A DNA stretch of 64,000 nt, taken from Eledone cirrhosa. Lineage: Eukaryota. A program made the translations under genes and the position numbers. Location: contig OZ024747.1 in NCBI GenBank assembly GCA_964016885.1, forward strand, positions 64,790,001-64,854,000, in the 5' to 3' direction. How positions within the stretch are numbered: position 1 is the first letter of the stretch; each line of letters begins with the position of its first letter. Positions 41,307 to 58,035 of the stretch are shown here, piece after piece. Below the pieces are notes generated by a model. It ran no database searches, was not told where the DNA came from, and saw only the letters and a list, made by a program, of their open reading frames with translations.

Positions 41307-42171
41307 TGCCTTGACAAAGGCTAAGGGGTCATCTCTCCCGGTGATTTTGGATGGCCATTCACTCTTAAGAGCTCCTTTGCCCTTTGACAGGTTTTGTTTT
41401 TAGTCCTGCAGGATGTCCAAAGTCACCCTCCTCACTAGGAAACGACTCGACCATGGTACAGGTTATATACATACATGCATATATGCATACATACATACAT
41501 ACATGTATGGATACATACATACATACATACATACATACATACATACATACATACATACATACATACATACATACATGGTGGCTGCCAACTCGTTTTCTAG
41601 TACGGCCACTACTTTATAACCATGTAGGAGAACCCCTACCGATGCGCTGAACAAGTGTAACTTTTTAGTCCAGCCAGTGACTTGAAAACTCTGGTACAAT
41701 CACTACACTTGTGACAATTATTGACACATAGTGCTGGGCCCATGCCACCATGTGACGACAAGTGCAGAGAGATCTCCAGATATAAAGCAATGCCTGTGCC
41801 GTGAAGCTTTTATAGTGCGCAAAGGCACTGCACAAAGCCAGTCCCACTGTCTTAACGAAGATAATATTTACCAAAAAGAAGAACAAGTCAACATCATTGG
41901 ATACCATCAGGGTTGCAGGTGTTATATCAGAGTTTTCCTTCTCCTAGAATTCTGCCTTTACAAAGGCTAAGGGGTCATCTCTCCCAGTGATTTTGGATGG
42001 CCATTGACTCTTAAGAACTCCTTTGCCCTTTGACAGGTTTTGTTTTTAGTCCTGCAGGATGTCCAAAGTCACCCTCCTCACCAAGAAACCTTGGTTGGGT
42101 TGCCAGTTTAGTCGCCAATGACCCGACCATGGGACAGGTTGTACTGGGATTCATGTTACCAGTAGCACCAA
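41307..42171 (-). mobile_element. Full ~600-bp RTE-related non-autonomous element (41576-42171) plus a partial copy (41307-41460), separated by (CATA)n
   Basis: 41307-41435 repeats at ~41953-42081; identity to the 13.6 and 18.2 kb copies. Confidence 0.7.
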
Positions 42172-42202
42172 CATACATACATTCATACATGCATACATAC
42201 AT

Positions 42203-42545
42203 GAAAGAGTACTGGTGGAATGTTCCAGTAAAAACCCCAATAAATTACAGGCATAACAGACCAGATATAATGATATGAAACAGGGAAACGAAGGCATGCA
42301 CAGTAGTGGAAGTTAGATGCCCTGCAGATGCCAATATAATGTCAAAGATTAGTGAAAAGGATTATGCAGAACTAATGAGAAATCTCCAGATACTCCACCC
42401 TGATTATACCTTCAGATTTATGCCTGTGATTATTGGGGTGCAGGGATACGTTAGTAACTGCCTCAATACAAATCTTGAGAAGCTGAGCTTCACAGAAACA
42501 GAAAGAACACAACTAGTTAGGAAATTACAAGTACAATCCAATATA
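42203..42545 (+). pseudogene. Restriction-like endonuclease fragment of an R4/NeSL-type non-LTR retrotransposon
   Basis: WWNVPVKT...HNRPDIMI*...VVEVRCPADANI...KDY..L...MPVIIGVQGYV. Confidence 0.7.
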
Positions 42546-43069
42546 AAATATTCCAAAAATTATGCATCTAATAACTGCATATACACATGTACAGACAAAG
42601 CATGTACACATGCACACATACAACTCAAAACATAGACATCCACTCATACAATAACATTCATACCTGCACACACATGAAAGCATGCATGCAGACATGCAGA
42701 CATATCTACCTAGTTGATGTTGTGTAAATTCCAATGAGAAATAACTATGTTAGAAACCGACTCTCCATTGGTAAAAAATTGTGAAATTATAAAACCAGAG
42801 CATACATACATACATCATTGTATTCATACATAAACAGGCATTGTTTATATATATATATATGAGGGGGGCAGGTACAAAAGTAAACAGAAAAACTAAGGCA
42901 ATTGACAGATTACATGGAAGAATATATTAGTTTAACGCTTGAAATTACAAGAACGCAGTCTTAAGGTTTCGTACATTAGTCTTTCATCAGAAGATAATTA
43001 GAAATAAAAGTTAAAATAAGCAGATAAAGAGTAAGAGTCAGGAACGGGGAATATGTGCAATAAAGAAGA

Positions 43070-43148
<79 letters not shown>

Positions 43149-43152
43149 GGTG

Positions 43153-43207
<55 letters not shown>

Positions 43208-43235
43208 CGGTGGTGGTGGTGGTGGTGGTGGTATC

Positions 43236-43268
<33 letters not shown>

Positions 43269-43284
43269 GGTGGTGGTGGTGGTG

Positions 43285-43356
<72 letters not shown>

Positions 43357-43385
43357 CTGTGGTGGTGGTGGTGGCGGTGGTGGTG

Positions 43386-43428
<43 letters not shown>

Positions 43429-43603
43429 CAGGAGCAGCAGCACCAGTAGTAGTAGTAGTAGTAGTAGCAGCAGTAGTAGTAGTAGTAGTAGTACTAGTAG
43501 TAGTAGTAGTAGTAGTAGTAGAATTAACAGCAGCAGCAGCAGCAGCAGTAGTACTAGTAGTGGTAGTAGTAGTAGCAGTAGTAGTAGGAGTAGTAGTAGA
43601 AGT
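43070..43603. repeat. Compound trinucleotide microsatellite (TAG)n/(TGG)n/(CAG)n
   Basis: Direct reading. Confidence 0.95.
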
Positions 43604-44084
43604 AAACATTCTGTATACACTAGAATCACCAAAGATGTTTCATTACTGAGATTTGTACACATTTTCACAAATATTTGTTGCTCAATTCCCACAGCTTGTG
43701 TGTGTATATTCTGCAACGGCTTTTACAATTTGCTACGCCACATCTCTGTCTGTCTCTCTCTCTCTAACTCTCACACATACACACTTACTCTCTCTCTCTC
43801 TCTCTCTTGTTTCCTCTGCCTGTATGCCTATCCCTCACTTACTTTCTTCGTCTGTCTCTCTATCCCTCTCGCCCCCGCTTGTTCTCTCTACTAGAATATT
43901 TTTACAATAAAAAGATCCTATCAATTGGCCTTTTTCACAAATACAAAACAAAACAAATTCTCAATAACATTCCAAAACATATTTTACAATATTACAGTTT
44001 CCAGAGAAAGAAATTCCCCTGATCTTGTACCCCTTTTCCCACTTCATGATATCCTTGATATCCAATATGTCAAAAAAAGAAAAC

Positions 44085-45450
<1,366 letters not shown>

Positions 45451-45654
45451 GGGAACAAGAGAGAGAGAGAGGGGGGAGAATATGGGATATCTTTATATTT
45501 TTATTGTCAACGTGTGTGTAGGAATGAATCACGATTTTATCACTCGGAGAAATTCAATCGTCAGAATGTTTTGTTCAAAACTGAGAACGAGGTCCGCTAG
45601 TGATATTGATATAATGCCTAGTGTTGTTTAACTATGAACATGATAGTTGACTGG

Positions 45655-46515
45655 ACACACATACGCACTCACACACACAAACACACACACACGCACGCAC
45701 ACAAACACACCCTCACGCAAACAAACACATGCGCTCACAAACATACACACACGCAAATACAAACGCGCCTGCACACAAACACACATACACAGACACTATT
45801 CCCAGGCACAGAAACATATGCACACACACATAAACACAAACATATACAACAACTCACACAACCACACACTCACAAACAGTCACATACACAAAAAACGCAT
45901 AGACATACACACACACACAGACATACACACACACACCCACGCACAGAAACATGTGGACACACATAAACACAAACATATACAAACACACACGCAAGCACAC
46001 ACGCACAAACAGACACACACTCACACACAAAAACATACACACACAAAAATACACAAACACACACATACAAAAACATACATACACCTACGCACAGAAACAT
46101 ATACACACACACACATAAACACAAACATAAACAAAAACACACACAGAAGCACACACACAAACATACACACACACACACATACATACACAAACTCTCACAC
46201 TCACACACAAACACACACAAACATGTACACACACAGACAGGCACACGCACGCACGCATAGAAACATATTCACACATATAAACACATACAAAACACACACA
46301 AACACTCACACAAAACACATACACACACACAAACTCATACACACACACAAAGACACACATATACAAACAGAAACACGCACACTCACAAACAAACGGACGA
46401 AACACAAAAACATACACACATACACATACATATACACACTCATGCTTCCTGAAATACGCCAAAACACATACACATACATATACACACTCATGCTTCCCGA
46501 AATACGCCAAAACTA
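45655..46515. repeat. Degenerate (CA)-rich low-complexity tract
   Basis: Direct reading; explains the His/Thr-rich ORFs. Confidence 0.9.
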
Positions 46516-46675
46516 CCCCTGATGTACCCCTTCCATACACATGCACACATGTGTGTATCATGACTCGTGCACTGTTCATTTTACTGATGTTTGTGCATTG
46601 CCCTACCTACTGTACATGCACTTTTTTGATGAGTTGTGGTGCACCTGGGCACTGTACACAATATTTCATTATTGT

Positions 46676-46850
46676 TCGGTAGAGAGTCGGACGCCATGCT
46701 TTCCAGCATAGTTACGTCCCTTTACGATCCGAGTTCAAATCCCGCCGAGGTTGACTTTGCCTTTCATCCTTACGGGGTCGATAAAATAAAGAACCAGTAA
46801 TGCACTGGGTAATTGCTGGCCTTGTGCCTAAAGTAGAAACAATTATTGTT
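46676..46850 (+). mobile_element. tRNA-derived SINE (slightly 5' truncated) between two copies of a ~115-bp repeat
   Basis: Family motifs; TCATGACTC...GCACTGTACACAAT at ~46558-46665 and ~46863-46965. Confidence 0.8.
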
Positions 46851-47913
46851 ATTGTTATTATATCATGACTCATACACTGTTCATTTTCCTGACACTTTAT
46901 TATTCTATGTACTATACATGCACCTTTGATGAGTTGTAGTGCACCTGAGCACTGTACACAATAATTTCATTATTATTATTATTATTTATATAAAAACACA
47001 AATATTTTGATGAATTTAAGCAGTTCAAACCCTTTATCATTTACATTACTCTATATATACTATTGCATTTTCGCGGTAAATACTTTATTTCACATAATTA
47101 TCTCATATAATATAGAATCTATGAGATTTTAATATCATTTATTTTGAGAATAATACTTAAATATTGGATGAGCAGCTAGTTACGCCTGGTTTGAACAGAA
47201 CATGGTGACAGAATTCTGGCCGGATTCAGCCGGTTTAAATGCTAAAGAGCTAATACTAATATTTACACATCATTTAAAATATAATTCTGAATACGCTTGG
47301 TTCTCTCTAGTCTGGGATTCTTTCCGCTATACCAACATATCTCTACCACACAACCTCGGCTCTATTGCTTATACTAACAGACTCTGTTATGCCTCTATAA
47401 ATCTCTTGCTCAATATTTTTTTATTTGTTCTCTTCGACTTTTGCAATCTTGTTTATATCATTTTATATTTTTCATCTACATTCTTCCTGTTCTGTTAAGT
47501 AACCCAACTACTCTATCCACTATTTCACCTAATACGATGCAGATTTGTGTCCGAACGCCATTTAGATTATTGATTATTAATTGTTGGATTGAGAGATTAT
47601 ATGTAATGGCACCGTACTTACCTCTATAGAAAGAATTGTCTGAATTAAAGATGGATTTGGAACAGTAAAGTTTTATATCATGTTTTTCCTTTTATATCAA
47701 GTGTTTATGCTCTGCGACTTTCTCTGACTTCAACTATATGTATGCTAACCAAACGGAGTACACATTTGATTCCACTTGGATTCCTGCATACTATCGACTC
47801 TCTCTACTTCCACATTGAACTGTACGCACCTTACCAAAGATAATAGTGGAATATTCCATTCTAATGATATATATATATGAATGTATATCCTCCTATATAA
47901 AAATATCATCTGA

Positions 47914-48001
<88 letters not shown>

Positions 48002-48923
48002 ATTTATTATATATATATATATATATTTATATATCAACATGTATATCCTCCCATATAAAAATATCACCTGAACAACACACACGCACACACACATATATGT
48101 ATATGTATGTATATATATATGTATATGTATATGTGTATATATATATATATATGTTTGTGTGGGGGGGTGAGAGTGTGTGTCTATAAATGCAAGTTTTCGA
48201 TTCTGTGTGTCCGGCCAAAACTAATAAACTACTGGGCCTAGCCCCTCAAAATTACATATACATATTCACAAGACACTTGCTCAGGTAATCGTACAACAGA
48301 ATTTACTTTGCAAAGCAAGGAATTCTCTAAAATTCAATTTATCTTATTTTCTAATGAATATCGAAAGAAATCATTTTGTTTTTTGTTTTCCATTCTGTAG
48401 GTGAGACGGTGAGAGGCGCGCGATGAGAGAGAGAGAGAGAGAGGATGAGAGAGAGATAGAGAGGGAGTAAGGTCATGAGAGAGAGAGGCGATTAAAGAGG
48501 GAAAATGAGAGAGAGGGGATGACGGTGAGGGAAAGAGAAAAAGGGGCAATGGGACAGTAATGGAACGGAAGGAAAAATGATATCAGCGTTCGATAACTTT
48601 CATTTATTTAATTTTTACACACTTCTTAACTTTCCCCTTCCCCTCTCTCTTTCTCACTCACACACACACACAAAAGTCGTAATGGGACAGTCTGTGTATG
48701 TGTCTACGCGCATGTGTGTGTGTATGTGTGCATGCGCGTGTGTGTATCGGCATTCTTAAATTAGACACGTGTGTGTATTAACGTACATATATATGCGTAT
48801 ATGTTTGTTTGTAATACACATATCGTTAACTTTAGAGAGAGGAACAGTTGAAGAACGTCTAGAGACACACAATTCAGCAATCATATTTCTATGGTCAAAT
48901 ACCACGCGCCTTCACACACACAT

Positions 48924-48981
<58 letters not shown>

Positions 48982-49317
48982 GTGTATATTGGTAGCTATG
49001 GTGCTTCCATAGGCGGCATGCCAAAATTAGCACTCGATATTCATCAGAGTAGAGTGTAGATATTATAAAGAAAACGAAAAATGAGTGATGCATCTGGACT
49101 TATTTCGTGTTACAAATGTTTCGCCGGTATGTAGCTCGAGTCATGGTCCTTGTATGGATCTGGCTGATTCTACTTCTGCAGGTTCTTTCAGACACGGGTG
49201 TTACGTCCGGAGCAAATGTTATCACTATATATATATATATTTATATATATATATTATATATATTTCGTCAATGCTGTACTAAAATTTATATATATATATA
49301 TATAAAATTTATATAAA

Positions 49318-49431
<114 letters not shown>

Positions 49432-49632
49432 ATTAGTAGGTTAAAATTAACTTCGTTTATCCATAGTTGGTGTTATATATGTTTTGGTGATAACCATTAT
49501 GACTCAGTTATGTCCTCATCAGATAGCTACAATTGGAACAGAAATAACATAACGATGGAATAGAGCTTGCTTCTGTTATTCCAACTCTTAGATATGCTCT
49601 GTGCTGAATGTTGGTGGTGCTTTCTCATGGCA

Positions 49633-49687
<55 letters not shown>

Positions 49688-51017
49688 CGTAGTTTAGAAA
49701 GCCACAACAATGCAGAGGGAAATCTCGAGGTAGGAAGTGAATGATAAAATACGTGAAATAGGAGAAAGTGAAAGTTGAGAGAGACAAATGAAAACAAAAC
49801 AAAGGTAGAAGGGTTACCGTAGTGGAGATTTAATCCCAATATTACGGGCTCACGCCCATCAACGGGGGAAAGTTCCAAAAAGGGGGGGAACAGGCTAAGC
49901 TGGAGAAAGTTGTGATGTCGTTAAAACAGGAATGCCGTTATGGGGAGAAAATTTAAATGAGGGAAAGAATGCGCGTGCGGGTGATAAGCTGTGGCAAAAG
50001 CTACTGACCAAATAGGTTAAATCAAGAGGGTGCGCTAGCGTGTGAAAGCCGTAAAATATGTGTGTGTAAATATATATGTGTGTGTAACTGTGTGTGTATA
50101 TGTGTAAGTGTGTATATGTGTGAGTGTGTATGTGTGTGAAAGATAGTGGGCTGTAGAAGCTGGAAATCAAAGGGTGTGAAAAGTGGTAGGTTGTAAAACA
50201 TGTGTGCGTGTATAAATATAGATGTGTGTGTGTATGCGTATGGGTATATATATGTGTGTAACTGTGTGTGTATATGTGTAAGTGTGTATATGTGTGAGTG
50301 TGTGTGTGTGTGAAAGATAGTGGGCTGTAGAAGCTGGAAATCAAAGGGTGTGAAAGGTGGTAGGTTGTAAAAACATGTGTGCGTGTATAAATATAGATGT
50401 GTGTGTGTATGCGTATGGGTATGCATATACGTGCGTGTGTGTGAAAATATAAGGCCGTAAAGGGCTGTGAATGGTCACTATGGTTAAATTAGCCATGTCA
50501 GCTCATTTCTCTCAGCCCGGTTGTTGAGTGGGGGTCTGAGGTTCTTAATAACAAGGGCTTCCTTTATCCTTAAGGATCCGATGCTGCGTTCAGTCGCTAG
50601 GACTGTGACCAAGGGTCTACCCTGTGGGTTTTCGCATTTAAGGATGTGTTTACGGAAGGAAGATGCGTTGGTGTTGATATGTTCCTTGATACGAACATGT
50701 AGGGGTCGGATGGTGCTACCTATGTAAAACTTGTTACATTTATCGCATTGAATCTTATATACGACATAGGTGCGTAGGCAATCTGCCCCCCGTATCGGGC
50801 AGTTGCTGAGGGAACACGTCCCATCTGACTCGTCGGGTTTGTTGGAGAGGCATCTTCGCAGCGAAGGTCCTGTGTGGGCCAAATGTATGTCAAGTCCCTC
50901 CGTCCATATGGCCCTGCGGATGGCGTTCGTGGTATATTCACTCAGGTGGGGGATTTTAAAGAAGCACCTGCTTTTATTTAAGTTTCTAGTGGGTGTCTGT
51001 CTATTGGGTCTGGGGTC

Positions 51018-51987
51018 ATGGACCACCTGGAACGCAAGGCACTCAATACCTGCCAACCCAACGCCGTCGCCTTCTACTCCAGATACGTTGATGACATCCT
51101 GATACTTACTTCTTCCCGGGAGATGGCGAATGAAATTCACCAAATCTTCAACGATACTGACCATCACGTCGATTTCACCATCGAACACCCAGGAGAAGAC
51201 GGGTCACTCGCCCTCCTCGACTTCCGTATCAACATCTCGGAAGAAGGAGACATAAACACCACCTTCTACCGCAAAGCAGCGTGCAAGGATTTATGTGTGC
51301 ATTACAACTCAGCCCTCCCCAACAACGCTAAGAGAGGCTATGTCCTAAATGAACTGACACGGATCACTAACAGATGCAGCGACCCATACCACGCAATTCC
51401 GTAATCTACTCAAGTCTAATGGATATCCCAAGCGACTGATTAACGGAATTAGAGACCCCAGACCCAAAAGACAGACACCCACTAGAAACTTAAATAAAAG
51501 CAGGTGCTTCTTTAAAATCCCCCACCTGAGTGAATATACCACGAACGCCATCCGCAGGGCCATACGGACGGAGGGACTTGACATACATTTGGCCCACACA
51601 GGACCTTCGCTGCGAAGATGCCTCTCTAACAAACCCGACGAGTCAGATGGGACGTGTTCCCTCAGCAACTGCCCGATACGGAGGGCAGATTGCCTACGCA
51701 CCTATGTCGTATATAAGATTCAATGCGATAAATGTAACAAGTTTTACATAGGTAGCACCATCCGACCCCTACATGTTCGTATCAAGGAACATATCAACAC
51801 CAACGCATCTTCCTTCCGTAAACACATCCTTAAATGCGGAAACCCACAGGGTAGACCCTTGGTCACAGTCCTAGCGACTGAACGCAGCATCGGATCCTTA
51901 AGGATAAAGGAAGCACTTGTTATTAAGAACCTCAGACCCCCACTTAACAACCGGGCTGAGAGAAATGAGCTGACATGGCTAATTTAA
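51018..51987 (+). pseudogene. Penelope-like RT C-terminus + GIY-YIG endonuclease (frameshift near 51390); mirror copy of the EN at 50484-51017 minus
   Basis: RYVDDILIL, FTIEH...LLDFRI, FYRK, VVYKIQCDKCNKFYIGSTIRPLHVRIKEH, IKEALVI...PPLN. Confidence 0.9.
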
Positions 51988-52585
51988 CCATAGTGACCAT
52001 TCACAGCCCTTACGGCCTTATATTTTCACACTCACGCACGTATATGCATACCCATACGCATACACACACACATCTATATTTATACACGCACACATGTTTT
52101 TACAACCTACCACCTTTCACACCCTTTGATTTCCAGCTTCTACAGCCCACTATCTTTCACACACACACGCACTCACACATATACACACTTACACATATAC
52201 ACACACAGTTACACACACATATATACCCATACGCATACACACACACACACATCTATATTTATACACGCACACATGTTTTACAACCTACCACCTTTCACAC
52301 CCTTTTATTTCCAGCTTCTACAGCCCACTATCTTTCACACACACACACACTCACACATATACACACTTACACATACACACACACAGTTGCACACGCATAT
52401 TTTACGGCTTTCACACGCTAGCGCACCCTCTTGATTTAACCTATTTGGTCAGTAGCTTTTGCCACAGCCTATCACGCGCACGCGCATTCTTTCCCTCATT
52501 TAAATTTTCTCCCCATAACGGCATTCCTGTTTTAACGACATCACAACTTTCTCCAGCTTAGCCTGTTCCCCCCCTTTTTGGAACT

Positions 52586-52623
52586 TTCCCCCGTTGATGG
52601 GCGTGAGCCCGAAATATTGGGAT
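52586..52623 (+). ncRNA. Degenerate hammerhead-like motif in the Penelope-like 3' region (mirror at ~49833-49870)
   Basis: TTCCC CCGTTGA t GGGC-GTGA-GCCC GAAATATT GGGAT; two deviations from CUGANGA. Confidence 0.45.
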
Positions 52624-52836
52624 TAAATCTCCACTACGGTAACCCTTCTACCTTTGTTTTGTTTTCATTTGTCTCTCTCAACTTTCACTTTCTCCTATTT
52701 CACGTATTTTATCATTCACTTCCTACCTCGAGATTTCCCTCTGCATTGTTGTGGCTTTCTAAACAACGTATTTTACACATTTCACAATGCTTCAAGCAAA
52801 CTTTAACACCCTCATATATATAGATAATTATTATTC

Positions 52837-52874
<38 letters not shown>

Positions 52875-52908
52875 GGATGGGAATAAGTACCCGTTACCGA
52901 GATATAGT

Positions 52909-52948
<40 letters not shown>

Positions 52949-52954
52949 CATATA

Positions 52955-53077
<123 letters not shown>

Positions 53078-53110
53078 TTATATTTATATATATATATACA
53101 TATATATATA

Positions 53111-53152
<42 letters not shown>

Positions 53153-53192
53153 TATTTATATTTATATATATATATATATATATACATATATA

Positions 53193-53245
<53 letters not shown>

Positions 53246-53300
53246 ATATATATACATGTATATTTATATTTATATATATATATATATATATATACATATA

Positions 53301-53340
<40 letters not shown>

Positions 53341-53346
53341 TATTTA

Positions 53347-53388
<42 letters not shown>

Positions 53389-54389
53389 TATATACATATA
53401 TATTTAAACAAACTATGATTATGTTTATATCATCTAAATGTTTATATCATCTAAATCACAACGACAGTTTAATGCTGTTTACTTCACACAGTTAAAACGT
53501 GTTACAAAAGGAAAAACACTTGTTTATATTTTAATATATATTTTTACAAATAATATCTAGAAGATGAATAAAAGATGTATTGATTGTATCCATATAATGT
53601 TGAAATTACTATAACCAGATTTACTCCACACGTTTCTCTGACGATGTGAATAGTACATTAAAAATAGTTAGGAAATTTTATTAAATTCCTATCTTTATGA
53701 GTTGCTTCAGAAATCTAATTATGTGTGGAAAATACATACCTCAGTTATAATGATGACATTATATACACTTAATTAGTGTATTTAGATATTAAAAAGAATA
53801 CGGGAGTAGGTTATTGAAACTAGAATGCTTACTCATTAGACAAAGAGAATATATTTATGCCATGCAATTTTGCAAGTTTTTGTATTTATTTTTTCTTTAT
53901 TTTTCTTTATTTTACAAACGTTAAAATATATTGTTTCAATAAAAATTAGCTTCGGAATATTTCCTCCTTCTTTTGTAATTAAAACACCAGAGAAACAAAA
54001 GTATGTTTGGAGAATAGGAGAGAAATGTTTCTTGATTTAAAAGTTTATTGTCTTGTCATTTGGTGCTATAGTTTGTCGGTATTTAATGTTCACTTGGATT
54101 GTGATTGACAGTTCTAATGGGGTCTTATTCAGCCTTCGATTGAGATACCAGCTGTGAATCAATGTATATAACTAAAATTGAGATTATTTGGTGTATATCA
54201 GTCATATCAAAATTTGAAAGAACTGAATCCGAACTTGAGAGAACTGAATCCGACAGTGTGGAATTGCATGAATTACAAGATATTCCTAAGAGTTGGCCTA
54301 CACTAATATGTATCCGCTGCTAGTATGGACAGCCGTATATTACTTACATCACACTCTCATCTCTAGACAAAATAAAGGATATAATCTGG

Positions 54390-54710
54390 AACTAGCTACA
54401 CTACGCCCTATCTAATTTTTGATCATCACAGCTTCAGTGTCTTTGACTATATGTATGTAGTACTAGCTACAATACTGCTGTATCTAAGTTACAATCATCA
54501 CAACTTTAGTGCGACTATATGTAATACTAGCTACAATACATCTTATCTTCGTTAGTATCACCACATCCTCAGTGTGACTGAGTAGTAGTACTGGCCACAA
54601 TACGTCTTATTTAATTTAAGATCATCACTTCAGTATGACTATATGTATATGTAGTGCTAGCTACCTCTTATCTAAATTAGTATTACCTCAGCTTCAGTGT
54701 GATTGACTAT
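54390..54710. repeat. Old diverged minisatellite, 5 units of ~63-72 bp
   Basis: ACTAGCTACA...ATCATCAC...TCAGTG..GACTAT recurring. Confidence 0.75.
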
Positions 54711-55418
54711 ACGTTTGCTCGATAAATATCATGAGAACCAATACTATAGAACTGTTATAGAATCTTTTTTTAAAAACACATGCAACATATATTGACTATA
54801 GGCTGGCTATTCGACTATCACCCCATGATGCAGAATAGTTACGTATGTGGACATATATACGATATGTTTACGTAAAATAAACGTATTGACTTAAGCAGGC
54901 GACTACTGATGGTGAATAATAATTCTCAAGTACATGTATTCAGTGATTTTACACAGATACTGATGTAACTGTAATATGATCACAGCTTAAACATTGACAG
55001 CGAGAGTAAATGTATGTTCACTATATATAAACATATTGTATATGGAGTCATATACACCTTTATTGATTATAAGATACAAGAATATATTGTGTTAAAGCAA
55101 TATCATCTTTAAATTTAATAATATTCTGGAAAAAATTACATTTACGCTTCGTAGAAAAACAATTCGGATATTTTTCTATCTGTTGAAATAGGAAGATATC
55201 TTAAATGAAATATGTCAACCAATTTAACCGGCCAGAGGTACACATTGTCATCTTAGCAGTGATGTTTTATATTACAAGAGTCTAAAGTGTTTACATCACG
55301 ATAAAAAAAAAACACAACTTATATTTTAATAGAAGAAAATGTATTCACTTTTTCATATATACACTTAAAGTATAAAATTGAAAACTATGAATAACGAAAG
55401 AAATTTAAGAATGTTATT

Positions 55419-55528
<110 letters not shown>

Positions 55529-55596
55529 TGTGTGTGTTTATGTATTTGTATGTGTGTGTATATATATATACACACATAAAAATACATAAACACACC

Positions 55597-55671
<75 letters not shown>

Positions 55672-57094
55672 TGAAAGAGAAAGAGACCCTACCATTAAAT
55701 CCCTCATTCATATACGCAATTTCCGGATAAAAAATACACGTTTATTCAACCATGTTCAAAGTTATTTAATGTTTACATTGAATATAACCTAGAAATGAGA
55801 AATGATCAGTGAAAGTAATAAAACGTGAGGAGAATGTGGTATATATCAAAACGGTATTTCTCAGCGATACCAAGCGGACAACATGGCAAAAACATCTGGC
55901 GGAGAACCGCATGTGACACCTTTTAGATCAGCCATTTGGGTACGGAGAGCTCCGACTATCATGGCGGCGACAGTCATGCCGGCATGAACGAAACAACACT
56001 AAATCTTACGTTAAATGACGTCATACAAAGAAACATATTAAAAGGTAACTCTGTTTGACGATCAGCATTTATTTGTTCGGTCAACTGAACTAGCAGCATA
56101 TTTAATTAACGTGTATGTGGTTAAGTATTAAAAACACGAGTCTGCAAATACTGTAGTTCCCAAGCAGAATGAGCATGTGTCAGTGAGTAAAACAGATAGA
56201 ATTTTGAAATACAGGTAAAATCTGTTGGATGTGCTTCCACATAATAACTGTCTATCCAGTTGCACTAACAATGCTTGGATTGACATGAAACTATAGCAAT
56301 TGCCTCTTTGGTAAGGATGCCAAACAGTGGGATTGAACCTGGCTCCTCAGGATTACGCAGCGAACCTCTTACGCACTCGATCATGCTCGAGCCTACATTC
56401 TAATAGAGATTTCTGTATACTAGAACAATTATTACTCAAGTCACCAAACGAAAGAATTGATGGTTGTGATTTAACGATAGAGCATTCATGTAGTCGCTAG
56501 AAATGCTAGATATTACTGTCAAATCCTCTTGATTTTCTTGGCTGGAATGATATTATGTTATAACTGCTACCAGAGCTGGGCTGGTGCTATGCATCAACAA
56601 CGGAGATTGTTGTTTACGAGTCAATCGATTGAACCTCTATAGGAATCCTTCACTTCCTCACATCTAATTACACCTTAATTTCATATACCACAATGGTGGT
56701 CTGATTAGCAGCAGGCTTAGAATAATATATATTAAAGGGGAATAACTGCATAGAGCCAAACAGATATAAATTTGTGTCTGAGTTGAATTTTTTAAAATAT
56801 ATATTGATATGTTGTGCCTGTAGGACATATATGTTTCACTAGGAAAATATCCTCATTTTAGACCTAAGGAGTCCCATGAAGGAAGTATTATCTGCTAAAT
56901 ATAGCAACAAAATCAACTATAAATCACAATCTGCTGTGAAAATATTTGCTCGTCTTAGGATTAGTGTTACACTATACCGACAGTACTTCATCAGGGTAAT
57001 TTCATTTACACGTTTATGTGATGGTTATGGCTATAACATTGTAGGTATGGTTACTGATCGTTTCTGAGCTAGCTACAAGTCAATAATTTCAATG

Positions 57095-58035
57095 TGAGGG
57101 CAAAGTCGGTTAAATCGAGCCCAGGTACTTTATTTTCTCGGCGCCATAATGTTAACTTCGGCGGGATTTGAAATTAGAACGTAAACGACCGCATCTCTAT
57201 GCCGCAAATTATGGTGTCCAGCAGTGAACAAATAATGGTGCTGACTGCCAATCCGCCTCTTTTATAGGTATGATTAATAATTGTTTCTGCTTTTGGTACA
57301 AAGCCAGCAATTATCCAAGTGCATTACTGGTACTTTATTTTATCGACCTCGTAATGATGAAAGACAAAGTTAACCACGGTGGGATTTGAACTCAGAGTGT
57401 AAAGGGACGTAACTATGCGAGAAAGCATGGCGTCCGTCCCTCTACCGAGACTGCCAATCCACCGCCCTATGAATCATGCCGGACTTGGTATCATTAATAA
57501 TTGTTTCTACTTCTGGCACAAGACCAGCAATTATCAGTACATTACTGGTACTTTATTTTATCGACCCTGTAAGTATGAAAGGCAAAGTTGACCTCGGCGG
57601 CATTTGAACTCAGAATGGAAAGGGCCATAACTCTATGCGTCAAAGCATGACGTCCGACCCTCTACCGTTACTGCCAATCCACCATTGCTTTCTAATTGGG
57701 CACAAGGCCAGCAATCCGAAAGATGGAGAAACTCGATTATACCGATCCCAGTACTCGACTGACATTATATTCTTTTGACCCTGGGGGGATGAAAGGTAAA
57801 GTTGACCTCGGCGGGATTTAAACACCGGAAAAAAATAACAAATGAGGCAAAGGATTTCGTTGAAATCTTTAAGGATTCTGCTAAACCACCCATCTTCTAG
57901 GTATGATAATTGTGTCTTCGTAACATTGGCGCAAGGCCAGGAATTTGAGGGAAAAGGAAAGTCGATTATATCGACCCAAGGACATAACTGGTACCATAAT
58001 TTATCGACCACGGAAGGACCAAAGGCAAAGTTGAT
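57095..58035 (-). mobile_element. Cluster of about five SINE copies (clearest 57278-57468 and 57495-57683)
   Basis: Reverse complement of the family consensus, repeated. Confidence 0.8.

Larger units (their letters stand above)
49681..52815. mobile_element. 5'-truncated Penelope-like element (plus, 51018-52815) head-to-head with an inverted ~1.3-kb copy (49681-51017), in (TA)n
   Basis: 49681-51017 is the near-identical reverse complement of ~51454-52775. Confidence 0.92.

Noticed and set aside
42998-43716. Long poly-S/G/V/T/L ORFs
   Set aside because: Trinucleotide microsatellite, open in several frames on both strands
49095-49150. Minus-strand GGCGAAACATTTGTA hammerhead 3' half
   Set aside because: No CUGANGA, no stem I and no repeated copy to support it
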